The position numbers and the translations under genes were made by a program. A stretch of DNA of 63,562 bases, the filler included. It is 4 parts of 4 records of this genome, joined end to end, with 100 filler letters (N's around TTAATTAATTAA, not from the genome) between each part and the next. Parts side by side here need not be neighbours in the genome. Positions count along the whole stretch, not along the records: positions 7,851 to 34,087 come from DRR723986_5788; 3 more parts are not named here. One strand, given 5' to 3'. This document shows, piece after piece, positions 9,922 to 20,231 of this stretch (positions are counted from its first letter, which is position 1; each line of letters starts with the position of its first letter). The notes beneath the pieces were generated by a model that saw only the letters and a list, made by a program, of their open reading frames with translations, was not told where the DNA came from and did not search any database.

Positions 9922-10356
9922 ATGACGGAAATCAAGATTCAGCGCGACGGTGAGTCCCCACGTGGAAAAGGTAAAGGCAGTTTGCCACCCGTTCTGGTAG
10001 GCCTTAGTTATCCACTGGCACTGCAGCTACATACCACGGTTGGACCCGAAATAGCAGGGCAGCGCGAAGTTTCATTGCAGATGTTCCTTGGCAGCCTGCC
10101 TGATGCACAAAAAATCAATTTGGGGGGCACACTGTTAACAGTTAATGGCGCGGCCGTAGCCGTACCGAGCTCGACAATTCCTTATAGTCCCGAGCAGACT
10201 CCATCAAACGGCTTTTTTGCACATGAGTTAACACCGAATCTAACGATTCAGTTGCTCGATAGTTCCGGCGATTTGTCCGTGATTGTGGATGGAGACATCA
10301 CGACCAAGTGGACAATTGGCGCAATCGATATGGAATTGCTTGATCCACCGTATTAA
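9922..10356 (+). CDS. Small uncharacterised beta-rich protein (module A)
   Basis: GGAG RBS before ATG 9922; 144 aa; contains GFFAH, also present in 28405-28920. Confidence 0.7.
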   Translation: MTEIKIQRDGESPRGKGKGSLPPVLVGLSYPLALQLHTTVGPEIAGQREVSLQMFLGSLPDAQKINLGGTLLTVNGAAVAVPSSTIPYSPEQTPSNGFFAHELTPNLTIQLLDSSGDLSVIVDGDITTKWTIGAIDMELLDPPY

Positions 10357-10448
10357 ACACAAAACTTGCTGAAAATTATCAATTGATATACGTGCACCAG
10401 CAGCAATGCTAATTACTAATCTTTTCACTCCAATTCTGGGAGAAAATT

Positions 10449-11522
10449 ATGTGTACACGCGTATTTGACAATCGCAGAAATACGATTCTGACGACCGGCC
10501 GCAACATGGACTGGGCGGAACTGTTTAACAACGTGCTCTATACCTTCTACCGTGGGCTGGAACGCAAGGGCCTGGCCGGCGACGAGGCGACCAGCCGCAA
10601 AGCGGTCACCTGGACTTCACAATATGACAGCGTCGTTGTTACCGTTGGTCCAGAAGTGGCCCCAGCTGCCGCCGACGGCATGAATTCGGCCGGCCTGGTT
10701 TCAAACGTCCTTTACCTTGCCGGTAGTACTTTTGCCGATGAAGACCAGTATCCGGGCCGCGGTGGCTTGAGCATATTGCGATGGGTGCAATATGTACTCG
10801 ATAATTTTGCGACGGTAGATGAAGTCGTGGCAGCTTTTGACAACGGCCCCAACAGCCCAGTACTAATCAGCGCGTCAGTTCCGGATGAGGGCTCAGAATC
10901 CAAACCGGCAGAGCTTCACATGTCAGTTTCCGATAAACACGGCAACTCGGCGATTATTGAAGTGTTTAAGGGTGAGTACCTGGTTCATTCTTCGCAGGAC
11001 TACCGCGTAATGACAAATGATCCGAACTTCGATAAACAATTGCAGTTAAACGAATACTGGCGCTGGCAGTGGAACAAGCTCGAAAACTCTCATACTTCTG
11101 AGACGCTGCCGGGCTCTACTTTTTCACCGGATAGATTTGCGCGGGCAGACTACTTTATTAACAATGTGCGCACACCGGCTACGCCAACTCTCGCAGTCGC
11201 GCAGATGTACTCGATCATTCGCAATGCTTCCGTGCCTTTGGGATATCACCTGGGCGGCGACGCCGACAACAATGAACCGAATATTGCGCAGACCTTGTGG
11301 TCGACTGTCGCTGTGCATGAACAGCAGCAATATTTCTTTGGTGATGTAGCCAGTCCGAATGTGTTCTGGACGGATCTACAGAGTTTTTTCAGCGTTGAAG
11401 ACGGCGAAGTCAAACCCGGTAAGTCGATGTCTCTGCATTTGCAAAAGGACGGTGAATACCAGCATTATGCCGGTTGCGTCAACGGCGACTATGATGTAGC
11501 ACCAGATCCATTTGCGGTCTAA
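10449..11522 (+). CDS. Linear amide C-N hydrolase, choloylglycine hydrolase/penicillin V acylase family (Ntn hydrolase)
   Basis: Starts M-C-T-R (Cys nucleophile); GRNMDW, DGMNSAGL, VMTNDP and SPDRFARA motifs; no signal peptide. Confidence 0.93.
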   Translation: MCTRVFDNRRNTILTTGRNMDWAELFNNVLYTFYRGLERKGLAGDEATSRKAVTWTSQYDSVVVTVGPEVAPAAADGMNSAGLVSNVLYLAGSTFADEDQYPGRGGLSILRWVQYVLDNFATVDEVVAAFDNGPNSPVLISASVPDEGSESKPAELHMSVSDKHGNSAIIEVFKGEYLVHSSQDYRVMTNDPNFDKQLQLNEYWRWQWNKLENSHTSETLPGSTFSPDRFARADYFINNVRTPATPTLAVAQMYSIIRNASVPLGYHLGGDADNNEPNIAQTLWSTVAVHEQQQYFFGDVASPNVFWTDLQSFFSVEDGEVKPGKSMSLHLQKDGEYQHYAGCVNGDYDVAPDPFAV

Positions 11523-11552
11523 ACCAGCCGGCCCGGCAATTCCCTTTTTCAT

Positions 11553-11590
11553 CTAAGTGTCTTCCTGCTCAGGAGTGGGAAGACACTTGG
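11553..11590 (+). terminator. Stem-loop after the Ntn hydrolase
   Basis: AAGTGTCTTCC...GGAAGACACTT inverted repeat. Confidence 0.6.
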
Positions 11591-12172
11591 TTTACAATTG
11601 GATTGTCGACGAAGCAGGCTATTACGGCGAAACCAGCACGATTACATGTCGGCAATAGAATTCGATAGTTTCAGAGTTACCGTAGACCAAAATATTCACT
11701 TGAGCAGTTGCCGGGCTCAACTGCATTAAGCTTGAGACTGACCAACAAACAAAACCCTCAAACCGCAAGCCGCAAGTGGCAGCGAAAGCGGCGCTGCAAT
11801 CAATAGGCGCAGTCCAGCACACCAACACGCCTCTCACCGAATGCAGTAGTTTTACCGTAGTACATTCGTTTGCCAATCGAAGCATATTGGAACATGCACA
11901 AAAGGCATAGCCCCAATGCGAGTTAATTTTGCGCCATGTGGCAAGGTTTTTTGAGCATAGGTACAACAGTCAGAACAATCACAAACACATGAATTGCCGG
12001 TTAGAACTAAATGGAAAGTAGCTACACAATACTGTATTGAATTGGCCTCGAATGTGAGTCCACCTCTCGATTGTACCCACTAGATGTTGTAGGCATCGGC
12101 TTACAGGGAGTGTTGTAAATGTTAAAGTCAAGGTGTTCTATGAATAGAACAACAGCAGTTTTGAAAAGTTTT

Positions 12173-13480
12173 ATGGCGAAGCGGATCACGCTACAAGTTC
12201 TGGCGATTTTGTCTCTTTGCTGCCTTCTGCTTGCATGTGAAGACGATGAGCCGCTACAGACATCCGCTCCAAACGAGCCTCCGAAGTTGGACACTGCGGA
12301 CGTAGCCGATACGACCGGAGGGGATATGCCACGTGATACAACAGTCGTCCTGGATACACTTGGACTAAGAATCGACTCAACTGATGTTGTATCAATCTGC
12401 CCACCACAAGAAATTGTGATATTCGGCGCAAACTTTCCAACCAGTTCAACTGAACTGGAATTGACAATTGGTGGTGTTCCGACAGCAATTAACACACTTG
12501 GCAAGCAGAGTTTAACAACAACTGTGCCTTGGCGGATAAACAACGGCAATATTGTCCTGCGCAACAAGTTAACCAGCCAAACTGCAGAGTTAACTACGAA
12601 AATAGATGTTGACTGCGACGTGCACCCACCGCGAATACCAGAAATCACATCAACAGTGCCGGAGCAATTCTGCCCCTGCGAAGTTCTTTCTTTAGTTGGC
12701 AATAACCTTGAGAACTACCGAGACTACAAGTTTTTTATCGGGGATCAGGCGATTTTTCCATCTTCCTACAGTGCAACTCCTGAAGCCAGACTCCGGGCAA
12801 CAGTCCGTGAAGGCACGGGCTCTGGTTTCCTGCGCATAGTTTCGAATGAGACCGACGAAGAAGTGTTTAAGTCTGAGACGGAGTTGATTCGCAATAAACT
12901 TTGCATTCCGGACTTCAGTATTGAAATTTCCGGTATTGAATGTTTTAATGAACATCTAACTTATTCGGGTGAACAAGCGAACGAGGATTCGCCGCGAACG
13001 CAAGAGTGGAGCGCCTTTGCAGACGTCTTTACATCCGAATGTTTTGGTCCGTCCAATCCTGTTGGAGAGCATAGAATCAAACGCAGCCAGGACACCTTGG
13101 AAATCCACAACAAGAAAGCAATTGGAGATCAACGTTCCAGTAGATCGGACGAATATGTCTTGCGTATTATCTACACACCGGGCAGCCAAGTCATTGAGTT
13201 GATTGAGTACTGGCATCAGTACAGCGCAAGGTTTACATCGCGTGGATCGGGATCGACAACATTTGAACGGATGCTGCGAATAGATCCTGGTCCGATATCT
13301 GGGAATTCGCTTGAGTTACGTGGTCAGGAAATTGCCGAGCGTGTCACAATCACCTATAATGCAAAAAGCATACGTCAGAGTATTGGAGAAAACAGACAAG
13401 TAGAAGAGGTGACATCCATCTCTGAGCGCTGTCGCCCGTTAGATTTTGCATCAATCATACTGCGCCTGGGAAATCCATAA
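12173..13480 (+). CDS. Putative lipoprotein with IPT/TIG-like domains
   Basis: Lipobox LLLAC after a hydrophobic stretch (start 12173). IVIFGANF and LSLVGNNL repeats and PRIPEITSTVP are IPT/TIG-like. Confidence 0.65.
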   Translation: MAKRITLQVLAILSLCCLLLACEDDEPLQTSAPNEPPKLDTADVADTTGGDMPRDTTVVLDTLGLRIDSTDVVSICPPQEIVIFGANFPTSSTELELTIGGVPTAINTLGKQSLTTTVPWRINNGNIVLRNKLTSQTAELTTKIDVDCDVHPPRIPEITSTVPEQFCPCEVLSLVGNNLENYRDYKFFIGDQAIFPSSYSATPEARLRATVREGTGSGFLRIVSNETDEEVFKSETELIRNKLCIPDFSIEISGIECFNEHLTYSGEQANEDSPRTQEWSAFADVFTSECFGPSNPVGEHRIKRSQDTLEIHNKKAIGDQRSSRSDEYVLRIIYTPGSQVIELIEYWHQYSARFTSRGSGSTTFERMLRIDPGPISGNSLELRGQEIAERVTITYNAKSIRQSIGENRQVEEVTSISERCRPLDFASIILRLGNP

Positions 13481-13518
13481 AGAATTCAGGAGCAGCAAAT
13501 CCTCATGCTGCCCAATGC

Positions 13519-13560
13519 AATTGTCCGCCTGCTGACTGGTAGCAGGCGGGCAATTCTTTG
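13519..13560. terminator. Probable bidirectional terminator
   Basis: AATTGTCCGCCTGCT...AGCAGGCGGGCAATT between convergent genes. Confidence 0.65.
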
Positions 13561-13574
13561 TTTTCAGTGCTGTA

Positions 13575-15623
13575 TTAAACGGCGGGGCTCTTCACCGCAG
13601 CTGCACCGACAAATATCACAAGCCCATCACCACCAGGGTTGGCCTCAAAATCGACGTAGGCGGACGCCTTCCAGTTGTTAATCGCCCAGAGGTTGCCAAC
13701 TCGATCGATGACTGATCCGGTCATCCTGGTTAATGGCTCATAAGAATCCGGATTGCCGCTACCATAGGTTCCATAACCGTTCGCAAGTGTAACCGGAGAA
13801 CCACCCGTCGGCAGAGTTAACATTCTGGGCTCGTCGGGATGTTCGGCGGAAACTACGGTGACACCGAATTTACCGCGTACATCTTTTTCGCCCGGCTCAG
13901 CCGGTGATTCGTGCACGGGAAAGAAGTTGGCGACATAGATTTGATCGTTCGCATCAAACACCATGCCCCAGGGGCGGCCAATATTCGTGGAGTAACTGGC
14001 CAGCACTTCTGTTAAGTCGTTATTGAGCCTGTAGACGCAGCCTTTTGCGACTGCCGCAACAAAGACTTCCCCGCGCGAATTAACAGCAACCTGCCGAAAA
14101 GCCTCATAGTCGTCGGGTGACCATTGTCTGATTTGTTCCAGAAAGGGCTTCGCAGAATTGTCTGTATTAATACACAACTTGACCAGTGCTGAGTTGGTCG
14201 CGGGCCGGGAGCCATCCTTGGCGGCACCTGCTCCGGCATTTGAGACAAATGCATTTCCGTCAGCGTCAAAGTCCAAATCAAAGGAGCAGTTAAACGGGTT
14301 GGGGTTTTCAAACTCATATGTTAATATTTCTGACGCATGCGGTGCACGTGAGCCGTCGAAGTTAAGATATACTACAATAGCGCTGTTAACATCTGGGAAG
14401 TCGTAAACAGTAGCATTGGATGGTGCCATTGGCTGCTGTGTACCCCAGGATGTAATCCACAGATTGCCATGTTTGTCGTATTTCATGCCCTGCGCGCGAC
14501 TAATTTTTTCGAAGTAACCTTCCTGCGGGCTTAAAGCTTCCCCGCTACTGTTAAAAGCCGAAATACTTCCATGTTGCGGATTGTACTGTTTAGGCCCCCA
14601 ACCAAAATTCCCGAACAAAATCCGCGATCCATCGGCATTCGCACAGACGCCAAAACCACCGCCAAGCAGGCCTCCGCCAAAGACTGGCGAGAAATCAGCC
14701 GGTGAGCCATCGGGATTCAATACTACCGCAAAACTGCCTGAGTTCGGTGTGCCCTGCGTGACGTTGTTTGTCAGCCACAGGCGATCGTTTTCATCAAAAG
14801 CAATGTATCCAGGGCCGGAAATCAGGAAGTTCTGCGCACCGGATCGATTAACTTTAACCGTCAGCGACCATTGATTTGGCACCGGACTCCACTTCTGGCG
14901 CTGTTTATGCGAATACATGTCTGGCAGCGACGGGCTATAGAGTTGCGGCAGAGCACGTATTAATTCATAAATCTGTTCCACATTGGTCCAAGGATTTTTA
15001 CACATTGACCAAATTGCACCAAAACTGCTCGAATACTCAGCGCGCTTCTGACCGCTGCCTTTTGTCAAACTCAGAAGTGACTTATACACTTGAGCATCGG
15101 TCATGCAGTAATGCAGCAGGTTTGCCAGAAAGTTAAACATTGGAAAACTATTGGTTTCGAGCCCGTTGGGAGAAGTAGAAATTACCGGTGAGAGCGCGCC
15201 GGCTGCATGCATGAAATTATCGCGCATGCCCAACATCAAACCCATTTCCCGGTCAGTCGCATTAATTCCAATGTGCAATTGTTCGTTGATACGCGTGAAC
15301 TGCGCAAAACAGAATGTCGCCGCAATGGTTTCGCGCTCGCCTATAGAAACACGGTGGTCCTTGCGTTTGAATACGGACAAAAACAAGATGTTACGATCCT
15401 TGAGTTCAACCGGCCCGGCCCCGGCATCATATGCGCGTACATGCATCACAATGTACAGATAGCCATAGGGTGCGCTGTCTATATCTAGTTCAAAATTCGG
15501 AGAATGGACCGTGTGGCTGCTTAGGTGTACGGCACGGCCGGCACGCATTCCACAAACGTGGACAAGAGCTTCAGCTGGAACAAGACCGGATGCTAACTTT
15601 GTGCTACATTGATACAAGGGCAT
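13575..15623 (-). CDS. NHL-repeat-like beta-propeller protein
   Basis: Repeated IAFDENDRLWLTN, YDKHGNLWITS, FDADGNAFVSN, PWGMVFDANDQIYVAN and IDRVGNLWAIN motifs. Confidence 0.78.
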   Translation of the reverse strand: MPLYQCSTKLASGLVPAEALVHVCGMRAGRAVHLSSHTVHSPNFELDIDSAPYGYLYIVMHVRAYDAGAGPVELKDRNILFLSVFKRKDHRVSIGERETIAATFCFAQFTRINEQLHIGINATDREMGLMLGMRDNFMHAAGALSPVISTSPNGLETNSFPMFNFLANLLHYCMTDAQVYKSLLSLTKGSGQKRAEYSSSFGAIWSMCKNPWTNVEQIYELIRALPQLYSPSLPDMYSHKQRQKWSPVPNQWSLTVKVNRSGAQNFLISGPGYIAFDENDRLWLTNNVTQGTPNSGSFAVVLNPDGSPADFSPVFGGGLLGGGFGVCANADGSRILFGNFGWGPKQYNPQHGSISAFNSSGEALSPQEGYFEKISRAQGMKYDKHGNLWITSWGTQQPMAPSNATVYDFPDVNSAIVVYLNFDGSRAPHASEILTYEFENPNPFNCSFDLDFDADGNAFVSNAGAGAAKDGSRPATNSALVKLCINTDNSAKPFLEQIRQWSPDDYEAFRQVAVNSRGEVFVAAVAKGCVYRLNNDLTEVLASYSTNIGRPWGMVFDANDQIYVANFFPVHESPAEPGEKDVRGKFGVTVVSAEHPDEPRMLTLPTGGSPVTLANGYGTYGSGNPDSYEPLTRMTGSVIDRVGNLWAINNWKASAYVDFEANPGGDGLVIFVGAAAVKSPAV

Positions 15624-15824
15624 GTAAACCTCGGTAAAGTGATGTCAGGAGATAGTCTATGTTTAGCAATTCCGTCAAGTAAGATACGCAGCGGGCCACA
15701 ATTGACAATTTCACTTGTACTGTTTTCAAAATTTTTGCGCATGTTTGAATCAATTGGCTAACACCTGGATCAGCCTCCAAATTCAGCTAAGCGATTTGTA
15801 TATAACATATTGGGCTAGAAACAC

Positions 15825-16493
15825 ATGCTAACAAACGAGGTTTTCAAGGCAGCAGTGGGTGGTGAGCTGGAAACAGTTAAAGCGGCTCTGGACGGCGGCT
15901 TTGACGTAAATTCTATTGCCAAAAACGGCATGAGCCTTTTAATTTGTACAATCTGGGAACAAGGCAATTTGCCGCTGGTCAAACTCTTATTGGAGAGAGG
16001 TGCTGATATCAACTACCGCCAGCCCTCTAATCAATGGACATCACTGTGTTATGCAGCAATCAACGGGCACTCCGAAGTACTGCACTTCCTTTTTGAAAAT
16101 GGGGCTGGACTGGACGAGGCCGCTGGAGACTGGAAAGCTCTGATGTTCGCGGTTCAATATCGCAGTCACGCCACTGTCAGAATTCTCCTGGAACACAGCG
16201 CATCCATAAATATCCGCGACGACAAAGGACAAACACCTCTGATTCGAGCTGCCAAGAATAGTGACGTTGAAATGGTAAAGACCCTCCTGGCACACACACC
16301 TGATGTTAATATGCAGGATCTTAGCGGCAATACCGCTCTGATGTATGCAGCGACCAAGGCAAAACCCGACAATGTTAAGAGTATCCTACTGGCCGGCGCA
16401 AATACGGATTTGTTAAACAAGGATGCTAAGACGGCACTGGATCTTGCGCAGGCGAAAAAGAAAAAAGCGAACGTCGCTCTTTTGATGGCATAA
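15825..16493 (+). CDS. Ankyrin-repeat protein (paralog of 30246-30914)
   Basis: GQTPLIRAA, GNTALMYAA and LLERGADIN ankyrin motifs; 222 aa. Confidence 0.93.
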   Translation: MLTNEVFKAAVGGELETVKAALDGGFDVNSIAKNGMSLLICTIWEQGNLPLVKLLLERGADINYRQPSNQWTSLCYAAINGHSEVLHFLFENGAGLDEAAGDWKALMFAVQYRSHATVRILLEHSASINIRDDKGQTPLIRAAKNSDVEMVKTLLAHTPDVNMQDLSGNTALMYAATKAKPDNVKSILLAGANTDLLNKDAKTALDLAQAKKKKANVALLMA

Positions 16494-16756
16494 ACCACAA
16501 GTTTCTCTCGCTCCAACATCCGGAATTGAATAGTGGTGATCCTCAGAGCAAAGCTCACCTGATGCGGTATTCCAATCCAGACTTTGATTGCAGAAACACC
16601 ATCATAAAAGCCTGATGTACCCACCGAGATATTCAGGTCTCAGTTAGATATTCGGCCTCAGGGAAATGGAGCGCATTGGAACCCTGCGTAGTCTAATTGC
16701 GTTTGCGCCACATTGTCGCTTGGCAAACTCGGCCGAGGTGGCTATTTTGGAACCGG

Positions 16757-16798
16757 CACAGAATGTTGTGTACAGAATGTTATGCACAGAATGTTGCC
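16757..16798. repeat. 14-bp direct repeat x3 upstream of the peroxiredoxin
   Basis: CACAGAATGTTGTG / TACAGAATGTTATG / CACAGAATGTTGCC. Confidence 0.8.
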
Positions 16799-16837
16799 GT
16801 CGATTGCACTTCTAACACAAAATCTGGTAATTCAATT

Positions 16838-17473
16838 ATGGCTATCCGCTTAGGTGATACTGCTCCTGACTTCACAGCTGAGACATCTCAGGGACCTGTC
16901 AATTTTCACGAATGGCTCGGCGATAGCTGGGGCATCCTGTTCTCACACCCTGCCGATTATACGCCAGTTTGCACAACTGAGCTGGGTACGGTCTCCAAGA
17001 TCTTACCTGACCTACAGTCGCGCAACGTTAAACCGATTGCTGTCAGTGTTGACCCAGTTGAATCACATCATGGCTGGATCAAAGACATCAATGAAACGCA
17101 GGATACCACGGTCAATTATCCAATTATTGCCGATCCGGATCGCGTTGTAGCCGACAAATACGACATGATTCACCCAAATGAGCTAAACAACATGACGGTG
17201 CGCTCGGTATTCATTATTGGCCCCGACAAAAAAGTTAAGTTGACCTTGACCTATCCAGCATCAACTGGTCGCAACTTTAACGAAATCCTGCGCGTGATTG
17301 ACTCACTGCAGTTGACAGCCAACTATTCAGTAGCTACTCCGGCAAACTGGAAGGACGGCGAGGATTGTATAATCGCTCCTTCGGTACCTGACGCTGACGT
17401 TCCAGCCAAATTCCCCAAGGGCTCAACCACAATCAAGCCTTACCTGCGCACGACACCGCAGCCGAATAAATAA
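16838..17473 (+). CDS. 1-Cys peroxiredoxin (Prx6 family)
   Basis: LFSHPADYTPVCTTE, YPASTGRNF, VATPANW. Start placed at ATG 16838. Confidence 0.95.
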   Translation: MAIRLGDTAPDFTAETSQGPVNFHEWLGDSWGILFSHPADYTPVCTTELGTVSKILPDLQSRNVKPIAVSVDPVESHHGWIKDINETQDTTVNYPIIADPDRVVADKYDMIHPNELNNMTVRSVFIIGPDKKVKLTLTYPASTGRNFNEILRVIDSLQLTANYSVATPANWKDGEDCIIAPSVPDADVPAKFPKGSTTIKPYLRTTPQPNK

Positions 17474-17596
17474 TAGTAGGCCGGTTGACACTACATAATT
17501 GATGGGACTGCTGTCGTGACAACAAGCGACGCAGTCCCATTTTTGGTTGTGCTAGTGTGTTCGAGCAATTCCGTGTTAACTTACTGGCTGCTCCCT

Positions 17597-17703
17597 TTGA
17601 CTTCTGATTTGAGCGCTTGCGCCCCTTCACCTGCGGTTTGTGGCTGGCTTTTTGAGCTTTTGTTTGTTATTGAGAGTAGATTCTAAAGCAGTTGAGATAG
17701 TCC
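17597..17703 (+). repeat. Dispersed intergenic repeat, copy 1
   Basis: TTGACTT..TTTGAGCGCTTGCGCCCC..TCACCT...GTGGCTGGCTT...TTGTTTGTT...GCAGTTGAG, similar to 24697-24834(-), 33547-33615(+) and 11716-11770(-). Confidence 0.65.
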
Positions 17704-17778
17704 GCAACCCATGGATCAAATACACCAACACTCTACCTAACATCAAATGAACACCAAAGTTTGCATCCAGTTTGGCTA

Positions 17779-19305
17779 TCAGATTTCCAGCTCGCTTAGG
17801 TCTTTGCCTTTATACTTAGAATATGTATCGTGAAGTGGCTTCCCGAGTAGATTTGCAAGCACCCAATACTGAATTTCATGAAACAGGAGATATCTCGAAT
17901 TCACCTCCTGGAACTTCGCATCCCGATTGACACGCCACAAGTCTCGGTATGTCAATTCCAAACAAGAATTGTCCGCACAATTTGACAATTTCTTGAGTTT
18001 GCTCAGAAGTTCTTTATATAACTCCTTGTACATGTCTTTCTCGCGGAGGGCGCGAATAGTGGAACGGATAGAATTATGTATGTCTTGTGCCTTCAATTCA
18101 TACATTAGCACACAGCGTAAAACTTTGGCAACAGTCTGGATATCAATGCGGACTTCGCTGGACTTTTCATTAATTATCATCTGAGTCCATTCATTGCTCT
18201 TTGACCAGTTGCCATTCAGGAAAAATACACAGGCGTATAAATACCTGATAGATGTCGTTCGCGCAGGGTTGATCCCATTTTTGTACTTCTCCAATTGAAG
18301 CCGAAAGACTTCTTCTTTACGTATGACCTCGCTAAATTTTGCGGTTTGTAAAGCATACAGTAGCGCAAGATAAACTCTATTCTGTACCAACTCTGCCTCG
18401 TCGTCCACGTTTATTGCGGATACACTATTTAATGCCTCAATTGCTGAGGCCATTTCCTTATAGCGTTTTAACCTGGCACATGCAGTCGCAAAATTGGAAA
18501 GTGCCTTGGCATAGCCCATTGGGTCTCGATCTCTGCGATCGTCATGTTGCTCCCAAAGTCCAATTAACTTTTTGCGGTGGCTGTAAACTTTATCCGACTC
18601 TCCATTAAACTGATGTATCATGGCATGACAAGAATGGTACATACAGGCATTGCGAAAGTCCATCGATTTTTTGCGGGTAATTTTTCGTATCTCACTTAAG
18701 AGTGTTGCTAACTTTTTCTTTGCATCTGGATCGGGTCCCGTTGGGTTACCCCGTAAAATGCTAAAAATCTGTTCGCGAATAATTGAGAATTCAGTCTGCA
18801 ATTGCAAATTACCTTTTGCGTTGCGGAGTTCCTCAACCAAGCTTTGAACTTTTGCCTCTGTATTTGGTTCATAGTTGCCCTGATAGATTGAAAGTTCAAG
18901 CTCAATCACCATAATTTGCGCCAGATAATTTTCGCCTTTGCCTACCTTTTCACGCAACTTCCTAACTTTGGTTCTGGCTTGTTTGTACATGCCTTTGTTA
19001 CGTAAGAACCCGACATTGTGTAGCTCACGTTGCAGAATCAGCGACTCCTTTTTGCTGGATTCGTACATCCACATAGCCAGAAGAATTTGATCCTTGAGTT
19101 CAGTCTGAAAGGCGGATATGTCTTGAACTTCCGGAAAAGCCTCTACAATTTTGTCATAGTCGTACTCTGGCATTGCATCCAAAAGTTTGTATAGTCTGTA
19201 GTATTTTGGATCGGCCTTATGCCGCTCTGCAAAGATTGCGAAGTAGCGTTTTTCCAGTGTCTCGAGCGAATGAACAAGCGTATAAGCATCATGTACTTTG
19301 GGCAT
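17779..19305 (-). CDS. Large helical TPR-like protein, paralog B
   Basis: Start placed at ATG 19305 (MPKVHDAYTLVHSLETLEKRYF); IGLWEQH, RIDIQ..MYEL, EIQYWVLA. Confidence 0.8.
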   Translation of the reverse strand: MPKVHDAYTLVHSLETLEKRYFAIFAERHKADPKYYRLYKLLDAMPEYDYDKIVEAFPEVQDISAFQTELKDQILLAMWMYESSKKESLILQRELHNVGFLRNKGMYKQARTKVRKLREKVGKGENYLAQIMVIELELSIYQGNYEPNTEAKVQSLVEELRNAKGNLQLQTEFSIIREQIFSILRGNPTGPDPDAKKKLATLLSEIRKITRKKSMDFRNACMYHSCHAMIHQFNGESDKVYSHRKKLIGLWEQHDDRRDRDPMGYAKALSNFATACARLKRYKEMASAIEALNSVSAINVDDEAELVQNRVYLALLYALQTAKFSEVIRKEEVFRLQLEKYKNGINPARTTSIRYLYACVFFLNGNWSKSNEWTQMIINEKSSEVRIDIQTVAKVLRCVLMYELKAQDIHNSIRSTIRALREKDMYKELYKELLSKLKKLSNCADNSCLELTYRDLWRVNRDAKFQEVNSRYLLFHEIQYWVLANLLGKPLHDTYSKYKGKDLSELEI

Positions 19306-19799
19306 ATCTACTGCGACCTTAAATCCAGAAGAATCAACGGTTTGATTCCAATTTAGCAAGGTCCGGATACATTTTGCAAAAATCCCCCCTGTTTAATATT
19401 TGTCATTCCACGCATAATTACTTGTTTTTCGGGTAAATTACTGACTATTTCCTGGTTCATCACAGAGAATCAGAACCCATTATTAGCACTCACAGGCCCC
19501 AACAAACAAGCTACTCACTAGGCTTTACACGTTGGTATTACTGACCTCTGCAGCACGCATCTAGCCCAATTCCCTGCCAAACAGACCACAAATTCAATTA
19601 TCATAATACCCTTCGTTCGGATTTCCAGTTTTTCGTTTTTTTTGGTTTCCCGATCATAGACCTACTTGAGTAAATTGATATAGTTGACTGAGTCATCTCT
19701 TGCTCTTGATTGAATTATACAGCGCCAGGCTGTAGCCGCGCTTGCATATTCATTTATGCCACCTTAGGTCTCACTCAACCATTAACAGAGGAAAAAACC

Positions 19800-20201
19800 A
19801 TGTCCAACAACTCTTATCTGTTCTACCCAAAAGAGTTTTACGACTTGACACAATACACATTTGAAATTAACCATACCGAGATCGTAGTGCTTAACAGAAA
19901 GTCAGGTGAGCAGCACGTCTGTTTTAGCCTGATTGGGTCCCCGTATGGAATTCAAGTTAAACACAACTTTCTACATGTTGGTCAGTTGTGTATTTGTGGG
20001 CCCAACTCCACTCTTACACTAAATGAATCAGTTAGTAAGATCCATGTCAAAGAATTAGAGAACATGAACTATAGTTTATGCGTTCATTTCTCCTGTGATC
20101 AATCCAACAGTTGGGAGACTGAAGTCCCCGAGACTCCCATGCGGTTTTCCAGACGTGGGGAAACTCTGATAGTCGAACTGCCGCAAAACAATTCAGTTTA
20201 A
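19800..20201 (+). CDS. Small uncharacterised beta-rich protein B1
   Basis: GAGG RBS before ATG 19800; YGIQVKHNFLHVGQ aligns with LGLHAINGYLCIGK of 27932-28330. Confidence 0.75.
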   Translation: MSNNSYLFYPKEFYDLTQYTFEINHTEIVVLNRKSGEQHVCFSLIGSPYGIQVKHNFLHVGQLCICGPNSTLTLNESVSKIHVKELENMNYSLCVHFSCDQSNSWETEVPETPMRFSRRGETLIVELPQNNSV

Positions 20202-20231
20202 CGCTTCTTAAACTCTTCCGGAGACAAATTG

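Noticed and set aside
12022-12702. 226-aa minus-strand ORF (and similar ones at 32796-33434 and 6069-6740)
   Set aside because: Antisense shadows of better-supported genes.
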